Shown piece by piece: positions 17,595-27,005 of a stretch of 59,698 bases of DNA. The position numbers and the translations under genes were made by a program. Position 1 is the first letter of the stretch, and each line of letters starts with the position of its first letter. This stretch comes from Deltaproteobacteria bacterium. GTDB lineage: Bacteria; Desulfobacterota; Syntrophia; Syntrophales; Smithellaceae. The stretch spans positions 1-59,698 of the forward strand of contig JANYAY010000169.1 of NCBI GenBank assembly GCA_025361065.1, in the 5' to 3' direction. The notes under the pieces are model-generated. The model was not told the origin of the DNA, did no database searches, and worked only from the letters and a program-made list of their open reading frames with translations.

Positions 17595-18758
17595 ATGGAG
17601 CCGATTTATTTTGATAATGCGGCGACATCCTGGCCGAAGCCGCCGGAAACGTTGTCCGCCATGCAGCATTATATGCAGGATATAGGCGGCAGCCCCGGAC
17701 GTTCCGGACATCGCCTGTCGGTTGCAGCAGCCCGGATAATTTTCGCGGCGCGGGAAAAACTGGCCGAATTGTTCAATATTGCCGATCCGCTGCGAATAGC
17801 ACTGACAAAAAATGCTACGGAGGCTTTGAACATAGCCGTTTTCGGTTTCTTAAAACCGGGGGATCACGTACTGACCTCCGGTATGGAGCACAACTCCGTG
17901 ATGAGGCCCCTGCGGGCAATGGAGAAAAAGGGAGTGGAGATAACGGTAGTTCCGTGCAGCCCGCAAGGCGAACTTGATCCCGGAGATATCATCAAATCAA
18001 TCCGAAAAAATACGCGGGCGATATTTCTCACTCATGCCTCTAATGTAACGGGAACAGTTATGCCGGTTGCCGCTCTCGGCCGGATTGCGCGGGAACACGG
18101 GCTCTCTTTATGTGTTGACGCCGCCCAGACGGCAGGTTGTTATCCTATTGATGTTCAGGATATGAACGTGGACATGCTGGCATTTACCGGGCATAAGTCG
18201 CTGTTCGGTCCTGCGGGAACCGGCGGACTATATCTCCGCGAGGGAATGGAAACAACCGTCGAGCCGGTTTGTATCGGTGGAACGGGAAGCCGCTCGGAAC
18301 AAGAAGAACAGCCGGATTTCCTGCCTGACCGTTACGAAGCCGGCACACCGAATACGGCGGGCATTGCGGGTCTGGCAGCCGGTGTGCAATTCATACTGGG
18401 AAAAGGCCTGGCACAGATCAAAAGCAGGGAAGAGAGTCTGGTAAAAATGTTTATCGAAGGAATTCAAACTGTGCCTTCCATAATCCTCTATGGACAAACC
18501 GATACGGTCTTGCGCACACCAATTGTTTCCTTCAATATCGAAGGGCTGGATCCGGCCGCCGTGACACTCGAACTGGACGAACGCTTCAACATCATGGCCC
18601 GGCCCGGCTTGCACTGTGCTCCGTCCGCTCATAAAACCATCGGCACCTATCCGCAAGGCACTGTCCGCTTTAGTTTCAGCTACTATAATACGAAAGACCA
18701 GATAATATACGCTGTGGACGCGGTAAGACAAATCAGCAGGGAAGCAAAAAGCAGCTGA
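17595..18758 (+). CDS. Cysteine desulfurase / selenocysteine lyase family (class V PLP enzyme)
   Basis: YFDNAATSWPKP, EHNSV, DAAQ, FTGHKSL (PLP Lys), RPGLHCAP. Confidence 0.88.
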   Translation: MEPIYFDNAATSWPKPPETLSAMQHYMQDIGGSPGRSGHRLSVAAARIIFAAREKLAELFNIADPLRIALTKNATEALNIAVFGFLKPGDHVLTSGMEHNSVMRPLRAMEKKGVEITVVPCSPQGELDPGDIIKSIRKNTRAIFLTHASNVTGTVMPVAALGRIAREHGLSLCVDAAQTAGCYPIDVQDMNVDMLAFTGHKSLFGPAGTGGLYLREGMETTVEPVCIGGTGSRSEQEEQPDFLPDRYEAGTPNTAGIAGLAAGVQFILGKGLAQIKSREESLVKMFIEGIQTVPSIILYGQTDTVLRTPIVSFNIEGLDPAAVTLELDERFNIMARPGLHCAPSAHKTIGTYPQGTVRFSFSYYNTKDQIIYAVDAVRQISREAKSS

Positions 18759-18787
18759 AGAACCTTAAGCCTGACTTTCAGACAATG

Positions 18788-19390
18788 TCAGAAAACATGA
18801 AGAGATTGCAAAGCAGTTTCCAGTTGCTGGGAGCTTTTAAATTGTATTGCCTGCATCCCGGCAACTTTTGCCGCCTGCACATTTTCGGCAAGATCATCAA
18901 TAAACAACAACTTAGAAGGACGTATTCCCTGATCCCGGATAATCGCCTCATAAAAACCGCCCTCCGGCTTCATGGCCTTTAATTGATACGAAAGATAGTG
19001 TTTCTGAAGAAGTTGGAGAGCCTCCACTTTCGTTTGACATAGTTTGTAATGAATTTCGTTGGTGTTGCTGACCAAAGCAGTTTGCCGGGTACGCGATAGG
19101 CGCGAGACAATAGCGGATACTCCGGCAACTGGTTCCCCAATAATGCCGGAAAATGCTCTTTGGAGCCGTCCGATACTGAATTTTTTGTTAAAAACAAGGC
19201 GAAGACCGCTCAGGTAATCATCTGTCCCCATATATCCGGTCTCATATTGTCTGGTCAAAGAGGTATATCCATCTGTAAAAGGAGCCCTTTCTTCCGGTTG
19301 GAAAAATCCCAGGCCACTCCAGAATGCCCGTGAATCAATATCCACCAGAACATTCCCGAGATCAAACAACACAGTTTTTACTGCACTCAC
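18788..19390 (-). CDS. HAD-superfamily phosphatase (YihX-like)
   Basis: FDLGNVL, SNTN, KPE, FIDD. Confidence 0.88.
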   Translation of the reverse strand: MSAVKTVLFDLGNVLVDIDSRAFWSGLGFFQPEERAPFTDGYTSLTRQYETGYMGTDDYLSGLRLVFNKKFSIGRLQRAFSGIIGEPVAGVSAIVSRLSRTRQTALVSNTNEIHYKLCQTKVEALQLLQKHYLSYQLKAMKPEGGFYEAIIRDQGIRPSKLLFIDDLAENVQAAKVAGMQAIQFKSSQQLETALQSLHVF

Positions 19391-19698
19391 ATCAATTCTC
19401 CGTATTTTTCTGTTTGGATAAAAAACCGCAAGAATTTATAGAAAATAAAACGAGAATAATCAACTGCAACTTCCGGGATACGGGAAGTCCGTTAATAAAA
19501 AAACTGCGGTAAAAAGTGTCCGTGGTTATTGCCGACTCCGGAGCAGTAAATACGGTTCCTCCGGTTTTCCGTTACTGGTGAAAGATGATTTGTCCCGTGA
19601 AGTTTTGTTGCTCTATTTTGCCGTTTATGCCAGATTACGGGAGAAAGCAGTCTACTTCAATCAAAGAGACTATACTATATGAGGCAAGGAGGTTGATC

Positions 19699-20508
19699 AT
19701 GACAGAGAAAAAAAATCCATTCAGAGTTGAGCTGGAAGGGCATATAGCCTGGTTGATTCTGGATCGGCCGGAAAAGCGCAATGCCATGGGCTTTGACTTT
19801 TATAAAGGGCTGGCCGAACATTTTACGGCTTTCGATGAGGATCCGGAAGTTCGCGTCGTTGTCATGCGGGCGGAAGGGAAATCATTTACGACCGGGACGG
19901 ACCTGACCGAGTTGGGATCTATGTACACCCAGATGGATGCCGGTACGAGGGAAAAATTGCGTCTCATGATCCTGAAGGCGCAGGGCGGTATAAATCAGAT
20001 TGAAAAATGCCGCAAACCGGTAATTGCCGCGGTCCACAGCCATTGTCTGGGAGGCGGCGTCGATCTCCTGTCCGCCTGCGATATCCGCATCGCCACTTCG
20101 GATGCGGTCTTCGGCGTCCGGGAAGTTCGGGTGGCCTTTATTGCCGATGTCGGGACGCTGCAACGGCTTCCGCACATTATCGGTCATGGGTGGTTCCGGG
20201 AGTTGGCGTTGACCGGACGGGATTTCGGTGCTGATGAAGCACTGAAAATTGGATTCATCACCCGGATCTGCGCGGACCGGGATGTTCTGATTACGGAAGC
20301 GAGAAAGCTGGCGCAAGAGATTGCCGCCTGTTCGCCCCTGGCCGTTCAGGGAACAAAGGATGTGATCCTGTACAGTCGGGACAAGGGGATTTATCCGGGG
20401 CTGGAGTACGTCGCCCAGAAGAATGCCGCGGCCATCCCCTCGGAGGACATGATTGAGGCCGCCACAGCCTTTATGGAGAAGCGAACACCGGTCTTCACAG
20501 GTAAATAA
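19699..20508 (+). CDS. Crotonase/enoyl-CoA hydratase family (dienoyl-CoA isomerase-like)
   Basis: RPEKRNAM, KPVIAAVHSHCLGGG, ADVGTLQRLP. Start at 19699 behind AGGAGG. Confidence 0.88.
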   Translation: MTEKKNPFRVELEGHIAWLILDRPEKRNAMGFDFYKGLAEHFTAFDEDPEVRVVVMRAEGKSFTTGTDLTELGSMYTQMDAGTREKLRLMILKAQGGINQIEKCRKPVIAAVHSHCLGGGVDLLSACDIRIATSDAVFGVREVRVAFIADVGTLQRLPHIIGHGWFRELALTGRDFGADEALKIGFITRICADRDVLITEARKLAQEIAACSPLAVQGTKDVILYSRDKGIYPGLEYVAQKNAAAIPSEDMIEAATAFMEKRTPVFTGK

Positions 20509-20596
20509 TCGCCGGCTCCGGGGCACCGGGTCTTCCGATCATCTGCAGCTGCGCCTGGTTTTTCATAGAGCAGTTCTTTGCGTAATCGTCATTTTT

Positions 20597-20729
20597 GACG
20601 ACCTCGTAAAAAGTCGGAAAAGCCTCAGAATCGTCATTCCGGCGAAAGCCGTAATCCAGATATATCAAAGACTTACAAAACGCTGGACACCGGTTTTCAC
20701 CGGTGTGACGGACTTTTTACGAGACCATC
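20597..20729. mobile_element. MITE (family C) enclosing a GTCATTCC-type REP doublet
   Basis: Imperfect TIRs GACGACCTCGTAAAAAGTC / GACTTTTTACGAGACCATC; ATTTTT on both flanks (possible TSD); internal GTCATTCCGGCGAAAGCCG...CACCGGTTTTCACCGGTGTGAC. Confidence 0.75.
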
Positions 20730-20783
20730 ATTTTTGATGACTGACCGCTGATCGATGCCTGGAGCGATCGCCGGTACCATTCC

Positions 20784-21833
20784 TTAAAACCGTGCCCGGT
20801 ATGGAGCGAAAAGCGGAAAATGGAAAATACCCGCCGGAGCGGCGCAAACTTCCGGAATGGCATTGATGACCGATCCGGCTACGGCATATTGTTCCGCCCT
20901 GGTTTTCTCACCGGTATTTTCGGGCTCTACGATGTTCATGGCGATATCAATGCCGGGTTTGCCGCGGATGACGATCTTCCAGTGATCAAAGGTCTCAAAA
21001 CCAGGGAGGGTATTGCCCATGATCCAATTGACAGAGAGTGTAATGAGCCGCTGGCCCCTGATGATGGCGTGCCAGCACCAGTTAGTCGCGGCGACCGTGC
21101 CGGCGCGGACGATACCGGCCCGGGCCTGAATGTCCGCAGGCGCCAGGAGGACACTGTGATCGGATTCGACCCGCTCGAGGGTCATTCCCAGACGGAAGGC
21201 GATCAGGGCGAGAACCTCGGCGTACATCCCGGTCATGAGTTCCGTCACCGGCCCGGCCGCAGTCAGGTCGAGCTTGTCCGGATCGGAACCCATCCCGCAG
21301 ACGTTGAACACATAATCATGATCCGGTGCGCTGCTGACGTCAAAAACTTCCCGGACATAAATGGATTCCAGCGACGTACAGATGCCCGTGGCGGCGGCGG
21401 CGATCTTTTCCATCACAAAACCGGGATTTAGTCCGGTACTGAAGAAAGAGGCGTTCCCTTGTTCGCAGGCCTGTTCGAAATCTGCGGCATAAGCGGAACC
21501 GTGATAGGCCGGAAAACTATGCCCGTTAATCGTAATCAGATTCTTGCCCGAGGCCAAAAGGCGGCACATGTCTTTATTATGGTGGCGATAGGGAAACTGG
21601 ATGCGCGGGGCATGAATGACCACGTCGGCATCCAGGGCCAGGATATCTTCCATTTTGCTGGTGGCAATTACGCCCGTCGGCGGCCGTCTGGCGATCTCGC
21701 CCGCATCCCGGCCGATTTTCCGGTCACTGTAAACGAAAAGTCCCACCAGTTCCAGGTCGGGATGATCGATCACGGCCCGGAGACATGTCTTTCCCATCGA
21801 ACCGGTTGCCCATTGAATCACTCGGTATGTCAT
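20784..21833 (-). CDS. NAD(P)-dependent amine dehydrogenase family (2,4-diaminopentanoate dehydrogenase / DapB-N-like)
   Basis: RVIQWATGSMG, GRDAGE, TGLNPGF, NAIPEVCAAPAGI. Confidence 0.78.
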   Translation of the reverse strand: MTYRVIQWATGSMGKTCLRAVIDHPDLELVGLFVYSDRKIGRDAGEIARRPPTGVIATSKMEDILALDADVVIHAPRIQFPYRHHNKDMCRLLASGKNLITINGHSFPAYHGSAYAADFEQACEQGNASFFSTGLNPGFVMEKIAAAATGICTSLESIYVREVFDVSSAPDHDYVFNVCGMGSDPDKLDLTAAGPVTELMTGMYAEVLALIAFRLGMTLERVESDHSVLLAPADIQARAGIVRAGTVAATNWCWHAIIRGQRLITLSVNWIMGNTLPGFETFDHWKIVIRGKPGIDIAMNIVEPENTGEKTRAEQYAVAGSVINAIPEVCAAPAGIFHFPLFAPYRARF

Positions 21834-22045
21834 ATGTTGTACCCCTTTCCAGACATTGATTAGTCTGCACAAAAGATTTTACACGATTCATATCAATTAT
21901 TCCATACAAACGAAAAACCATCTCCGGCGGGGGACTAGACAGTCGATATACCTGATGACATTTCGTTTGCAAGAATCAATGATCCCTGCAGAATAATTTT
22001 TGGCTGCTCTTGTTTTAACTTATCCGGAATGCACAATCCCGGATA

Positions 22046-22939
22046 TCAGGCGTTTTTTTTGCAACGCAGATCCAGAAAGACAAGCAGGAAAATTCCGCCC
22101 AAGATCAGGATCATCCCGGTTATTTCGCCGGCCGACGGCCTTTCGCCAAGCTGAACGGCTGCGGCTGTGGCGCCGATCACCGGTGTGGCCAATGTACCCA
22201 TGGTAGCCGATCCCGTCGGCAATTTCTGCAGGGCGTAAAACCATAACAGAATAGCGATAGCGGTTGCAAATACAATGTTATAGGCAAGCGCGCCCAGCAG
22301 ATAAGCTGTCCACTGGATCGCCGGAGACGGGGTCAGTACAGCCACAAGACCAATCGGGATAGCCCCGAAAAAAAGTTGCCAGGCCGTAACGGACAAGAGG
22401 TCAAAATCGCTTTTTTTACCCATTATCTTGATCAGAATGGATCCACCCGCCCACATAAGACCCGACGTAATCGCCAGAAGAGAGCTGGAAAAATCGAGGG
22501 ATATTTTCCCGGGCGACAAAATCGCCATTAACCCCGCCAGGGCGAGCCCTGCAGCGACCCACTGCAGGCCGCGGATACGTTCGGCAAGGATGGGCCATCC
22601 CAGCAACAGAGCCCAAAACGGCATGGTGTACACCAGAATCGCCGTTTTCCCGGCCCCTCCGTTTTGCAGGGCCCAGGTGGAAAGGCCGGTTCCGCCCGTA
22701 GTGGAAAGAATGCCGGTCAAGACGAGAAGGGGAATGTTTTGAGGGACGATGCTTCCGCGCTGCCAGGCAATAATGAAAAGCAGGACAAAAGACCCGAAAA
22801 AAATGCGCAACGCACTGAAAACAAAGGGGTCGCAGTATTGGAGCGACTCCTTCATAATGACCCAGTTATATCCCCAGAGGAGGGTCACGACCGCGAGGGC
22901 CAGATAGGCCTTGCGGCGAGAGCTTAGCTGTTTGGTCAT
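22046..22939 (-). CDS. EamA/DMT family transporter
   Basis: LWGYNW, YTMPFW, LGER; about 10 TM segments in two repeats. Confidence 0.88.
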   Translation of the reverse strand: MTKQLSSRRKAYLALAVVTLLWGYNWVIMKESLQYCDPFVFSALRIFFGSFVLLFIIAWQRGSIVPQNIPLLVLTGILSTTGGTGLSTWALQNGGAGKTAILVYTMPFWALLLGWPILAERIRGLQWVAAGLALAGLMAILSPGKISLDFSSSLLAITSGLMWAGGSILIKIMGKKSDFDLLSVTAWQLFFGAIPIGLVAVLTPSPAIQWTAYLLGALAYNIVFATAIAILLWFYALQKLPTGSATMGTLATPVIGATAAAVQLGERPSAGEITGMILILGGIFLLVFLDLRCKKNA

Positions 22940-22953
22940 ATATACGACTATAA

Positions 22954-23712
22954 TTATGTCTTTTTTAAGATTTCCTCGCACAGGCTCAGAAAATCTTCCG
23001 CGCCATGACTTTTCGGTGCATATTCAAATATTGTCTGGCCGAAGCTCGGGGCTTCCGCCACCACAATATTTTCACGAATTACGGTAGAAAACACTTTATC
23101 CCCGAAGCGCTCGCGAATGCTGTCCATAATGGCATTATTCAATTTCTTGCGGGAATCAAAACGGGTGGGAATAATACCGGATATCTTCAGTTTCTTATTG
23201 AAACTTTTCTGAACTTCTTCTATGCGGCTCATGAGCCGTCCCATTCCCTTCAAGGCCAGAAACTCCATCTGGAGCGGAATGTAAATCTCGCGGCTGCAGG
23301 CCAGCGCATTTACGGTAAGAAATCCCGCAGAAGGGGGACAGTCAATAAGGACATAATCTTTGTCCCGGATACCTGCCAGTTTATTCTTCAAGGTAAATTC
23401 GCCGTCAGGAAAAGCGGCTTTTTCGTTTTCCATCTGGGCCAGATCAAGATTGGCCGGAAGCACACTCATCCCCCCATGTTCCAGGAGAGCCTCTTCCAGA
23501 GGTAAGGAACCTTTCATTACTGAATAAACAGTCTGACGAAGATCGTGGGCAACAATACCGAGAGAATAAGTTAAATGCGCCTGGGGATCAAAATCAACAA
23601 GCAGTACCTTTTTACCCAGCCTGGTCAGTCCGGCAGCAATATTTAAAGCACAGGTGGTTTTCCCTACGCCGCCTTTTTGATTACAAAGGGCAATAATGTC
23701 GGGCTTCATCAT
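22954..23712 (-). CDS. parA: ParA/Soj family ATPase (no adjacent parB)
   Basis: NQKGGVGKTT deviant Walker A, DFDPQ, IDCPPS, EAPSFG. Confidence 0.9.
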   Translation of the reverse strand: MMKPDIIALCNQKGGVGKTTCALNIAAGLTRLGKKVLLVDFDPQAHLTYSLGIVAHDLRQTVYSVMKGSLPLEEALLEHGGMSVLPANLDLAQMENEKAAFPDGEFTLKNKLAGIRDKDYVLIDCPPSAGFLTVNALACSREIYIPLQMEFLALKGMGRLMSRIEEVQKSFNKKLKISGIIPTRFDSRKKLNNAIMDSIRERFGDKVFSTVIRENIVVAEAPSFGQTIFEYAPKSHGAEDFLSLCEEILKKT

Positions 23713-23773
23713 TTACTCCTTGCGGCAATTCGCGTTCGCAGGCTAAGTTTGTCGGCAACAAAGCCCGGCTCAT

Positions 23774-24098
23774 GAGACTGTGTCGTAATTACCATTTCGT
23801 CATTCTGTCCAGCATACCCAGGCATGCGCCGGGTAGACTGCCGGATTATATTCCAGAGCAGCACGACGAAGAGCCTGCCCCGTACACGATACGGGGGAAT
23901 CCAGTAACTTTGAACTGGTTCCCGGCTTTCGAGACTGTGTCGTAATTACCATTTCGTCATTCCGTGCTAGCGAAGCGCGACAAAGAGCCTGCCCCGTACT
24001 GCGATACGGGGGAATCCAGTATTTTCAGTAAGTTCTGGATGCCGGTTTTCACCGGCATGACGGTGTTGATGGTTTTATTTGCTATTGCGACACAGTCT
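23774..24098 (+). mobile_element. Family B MITE, compound: two left TIRs (23774, 23931) and one right TIR
   Basis: GAGACTGTGTCGTAATTACCATTTCGTCATT occurs twice; right end ATTGCGACACAGTCT; REP cargo with an AGAGCCTGCCCCGTAC..GATACGGGG insert. Confidence 0.8.
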
Positions 24099-24139
24099 AG
24101 CGTGCCGGCGCACCAGTGTTGATTTATTCTGCCGGGCTA

Positions 24140-25014
24140 TTACGCAATCTGCCGGCTGAATTCTTTGATAATTTCGGTAATTTCCCGGGGTTTCTGCATG
24201 GGAATTAAATGCCCCGCACCCGCTACCGATTTATATTTCCCTTGACTTAATAAAGAAACGGCTTTTTTGATGTCGACGAACCCCTTGTTCTCGGTAAGCT
24301 CTCCTTCAATAACCAGAACAGGACAGTTTATTTTTGCCAGTAACGGCCAGGGATTTATATCCCAGCCACCCATGAACATTGTGCTTCGTTTTGGGGAGAA
24401 CAGGTCAGTTGTAAACTTCCTTCTTCCTGTTTTTGCATGCCATATTTATGGTATATCTGCAAAACCCGCTCGTCCCAGCTGGCAAAAAGCGGTTTGGATT
24501 TAAGGTAAGACCAGGCTTCTTCTTCGTCTTTCCAGTGGTTAGTCCTTTTAATCGATTTAGAAGCTAAAGGATGGCTGTTGACTTCCGGTTTCATCTCATA
24601 GAATTGGTCCGGCAGGAAAATAGGTTCAATGAGAATCAGACCGCGGGGCTGTAGACCGTAAAGGGCAGTAGCAATTGAGGACACGGTCGCCCCCATGGAA
24701 TGACCGACAATCAATGGCTCACGGATTTGCTGACGCCGGCAGAAAGTAGCTAAATCGCGGGCGATGACGTCCCAGCTCAAGCCTCCCGCATCCGGATTAC
24801 AGGAACGATAGTCACAAATAAAGGGAGCCCATACATTGTTGGCCGGAATGAATTCTTCGATAACCGGTTGCCAAAGCCAGGGCAGGAAACCGGTGGCATG
24901 CATAAATAACATTTGCGGCGCGGAAGTGTCTGCCTCGAAGAAAAGATAGGGAAACTCGGCACCCCCAACATCCTGCAGGTTTAACTCAAACATCTCGGTT
25001 TTCTTGTCAGTCAA
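24140..25014 (-). pseudogene. Alpha/beta hydrolase split by a 1-bp frameshift near 24380
   Basis: ORF 25014-24355 carries HATGF and GHSMG; ORF 24379-24140 carries CPVLVIEG...GAGHLIP. The junction reads GAA GCA CA ATG TTC. Confidence 0.8.
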
Positions 25015-25068
25015 TTATATCTCCAAAATAGCAGTAGCTCAGTTCCCGCAGGGATTAATTTTTCATTT

Positions 25069-25590
25069 CTATTCGTCGCCGGAAACTTCCACCGCTTTAA
25101 TTTCTTCAACAGATAAAACCTGGTCAATATCGAGCAGGATCTTAATACCACCGGCAATTTTGGCCATACCCAGGATAAATTCGGTATCGAGCTTCGTACC
25201 GAAAGCGGGTGTTGCTTCAATATCAGTCTCCTTAATACTAAGAACCTCCGAAACGGAATCAACCACTATACCCATGAGAATAGTTCGTCCTGCTGCTGAT
25301 ATTTCCACTACAATAATGCAAGTCCTTTCCGTGTAGTCAGCCGGAGCCATCATGAACTTGGCACGCAGATCAATAACCGGAATTACTTTACCACGCAGAT
25401 TGATTACTCCTTTAATGTAGGAAGGTGTCTGAGGAACAATTGTAACAGGCATCATGCCGATTATTTCTTTGACTTTCAGGATTCCGATACCATATTCTTC
25501 TCCAGCCAGACTAAAGGTCAAATATTTACCTTCTTTATCGCCAATAACTTTGACAGCCTGATCCATTATTTTTGTTTGTTGTATTGCCAC
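25069..25590 (-). CDS. cheW: Chemotaxis adaptor CheW
   Basis: YLTFSLAGEEYGI, VPQTPSYIKGVINLRGKVIPVIDLR, GIVVDSVSEV. Confidence 0.93.
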   Translation of the reverse strand: MAIQQTKIMDQAVKVIGDKEGKYLTFSLAGEEYGIGILKVKEIIGMMPVTIVPQTPSYIKGVINLRGKVIPVIDLRAKFMMAPADYTERTCIIVVEISAAGRTILMGIVVDSVSEVLSIKETDIEATPAFGTKLDTEFILGMAKIAGGIKILLDIDQVLSVEEIKAVEVSGDE

Positions 25591-25637
25591 GTGTTACCCC
25601 TCCTCATTCCTGATTGTTGTAATAATATGGTCAATGT

Positions 25638-26186
25638 TTAGAAAACAAACACAGCGGCGGCGATTATAGTGGTGTATTTATTATTTTTGCATTTTGTTGA
25701 TTGAGTGACATTGAATGTACGGACTATTTTCCCGCTGATTTTGAATATTTCCTTTTTCTCATCCCAGCTTTCATCAACATCGAAATCAATACCTAAAGTG
25801 GAGGCCAGCATAGCTGCCGCAAGATCCTCGGCATATTCACCGGCCTGCTTTTCCGTTTGGCCGAATGCATGATGTTCACTGATATAGCCATATGATGATT
25901 TATTCGCCGGAATGGCGCAACCGACAGACGCCGCCAGCAGCCGTTTTGGTTCGTTACTGCAGCAACGGCTCATGACACAATAAGTAATGGCACCGGGAAC
26001 CAGTTCCTTGAGCCCATGGGGCTTGGAAATCATTTTACAGTGCGGCGGGAAGATACTGGAAACCTGGACTAAATTACATTTTTCAATGCCGGCATCACGC
26101 AATGCCCGCTCAAACGAATGCAACTCATCCTTGTGTGTTCCAACTCCTTTGGTAAAAAAAATCTTTTTAGGTACAAAAACAGACAC
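25638..26186 (-). CDS. pdaD: Pyruvoyl-dependent arginine decarboxylase
   Basis: [25 protein letters not shown] (Ser-Ser cleavage site); YGYISEHH. Confidence 0.9.
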   Translation of the reverse strand: MSVFVPKKIFFTKGVGTHKDELHSFERALRDAGIEKCNLVQVSSIFPPHCKMISKPHGLKELVPGAITYCVMSRCCSNEPKRLLAASVGCAIPANKSSYGYISEHHAFGQTEKQAGEYAEDLAAAMLASTLGIDFDVDESWDEKKEIFKISGKIVRTFNVTQSTKCKNNKYTTIIAAAVFVF

Positions 26187-26249
26187 TTTCTATCTCCTTC
26201 TTTTCGACCACATAGGGCGAATTCTTAATATTTGCCGGAATCCAAACTG

Positions 26250-26717
26250 TTATCCGCCGTCAGTTTGAACAAACGCAGTATTTGCATATAAATACTCTAC
26301 CTTTTCTTTATGCTTCATTTCCTGATTGGCCATCTTCAGTAACATTTGTTTTATTTCGCCGTCCGGATGAATAGCCGCCAGTCCCTTGTAAAAATTATAG
26401 GAGTTTAACTCTCTTGCGGCAGCCAGAAGATAAACATCTTTGCTATCCATATCGTATTTGACCTGGGGAGACTGTAAAAACTCGGCAATTTGGTTATTAG
26501 TTGCATCATCGGTTTCCGTGGCATTGCCGATAAAACTCTCCTGCCGGTAATGCAGAAGATATTCTTTATGTTGTTTTTCTTCTCTCGCCAGATAAAGAAG
26601 CGTATCTTTTGCCATTTTATCGGTAACTATCTCGGCAAGCTTTAAATAAAACTGGTTTGCTTCTTCTTCATTGACAATCGCTTTTTCCATGATGGAATCA
26701 AATTCGATATTCTTCAT
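26250..26717 (-). CDS. Ferritin-like / rubrerythrin diiron-domain protein
   Basis: AIVNEEEA..FY, EEKQH, ARE..SYNFY, QEMKH. Confidence 0.85.
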   Translation of the reverse strand: MKNIEFDSIMEKAIVNEEEANQFYLKLAEIVTDKMAKDTLLYLAREEKQHKEYLLHYRQESFIGNATETDDATNNQIAEFLQSPQVKYDMDSKDVYLLAAARELNSYNFYKGLAAIHPDGEIKQMLLKMANQEMKHKEKVEYLYANTAFVQTDGG

Positions 26718-26746
26718 AATTATTTCACCTGTCTGCAAATTAAAGA

Positions 26747-26763
26747 ACCGGCCGCCGGCCGGT
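26747..26763 (-). promoter_or_regulatory. Putative bacterial SECIS for the C-terminal UGA
   Basis: ACCGGCC-GGC-GGCCGGU hairpin starting 11 nt after the UGA at 26775-26777. Confidence 0.7.
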
Positions 26764-26765
26764 AT

Positions 26766-26981
26766 TCATACACCTCAGGATCCGCCATAACCTACCGTTA
26801 CCTTATCATTTTCAATGATCACCGGTACCTGGCGTCTCCCACCGGAAAATTGCAGCATTTCTGCCAATTTATCGGCATTTGCTGTTACATCGACATAAAC
26901 AGCCGAATTACCAAAAGCCACCCTGGCCTTATCTGTATAAGGTCAACCGCCTTTTCCGTAAATAATTATTTGCTCGGACAT
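26766..26981 (-). CDS. Glutaredoxin-like selenoprotein with two Sec (UXX-star type), 71 aa
   Basis: Manual translation: MSEQIIIYGKGG-U-PYTDKARVAFGNSAVYVDVTANADKLAEMLQFSGGRRQVPVIIENDKVTVGYGGS-U-GV*. UGA occupies the Cys position of a CPYT active site; cis-Pro motif VPVI; both UGAs are followed by hairpins. Confidence 0.88.
26914..26930 (-). promoter_or_regulatory. Putative bacterial SECIS for the active-site UGA
   Basis: AAGGCCA-GGG-UGGCUUU hairpin with G-rich loop starting 12 nt after the UGA at 26943-26945. Confidence 0.65.
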
Positions 26982-27005
26982 AGTGCCACTTTTTTATATA
27001 ATTAA

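Noticed and set aside
23774-24098. Possible CRISPR array (repeated ~30-bp GAGACTGTGTCGTAATTACCATTTCGTCATT)
   Set aside because: Only two units 157 bp apart, the intervening sequences are homologous to each other, and there are no cas genes; explained by nested MITEs.
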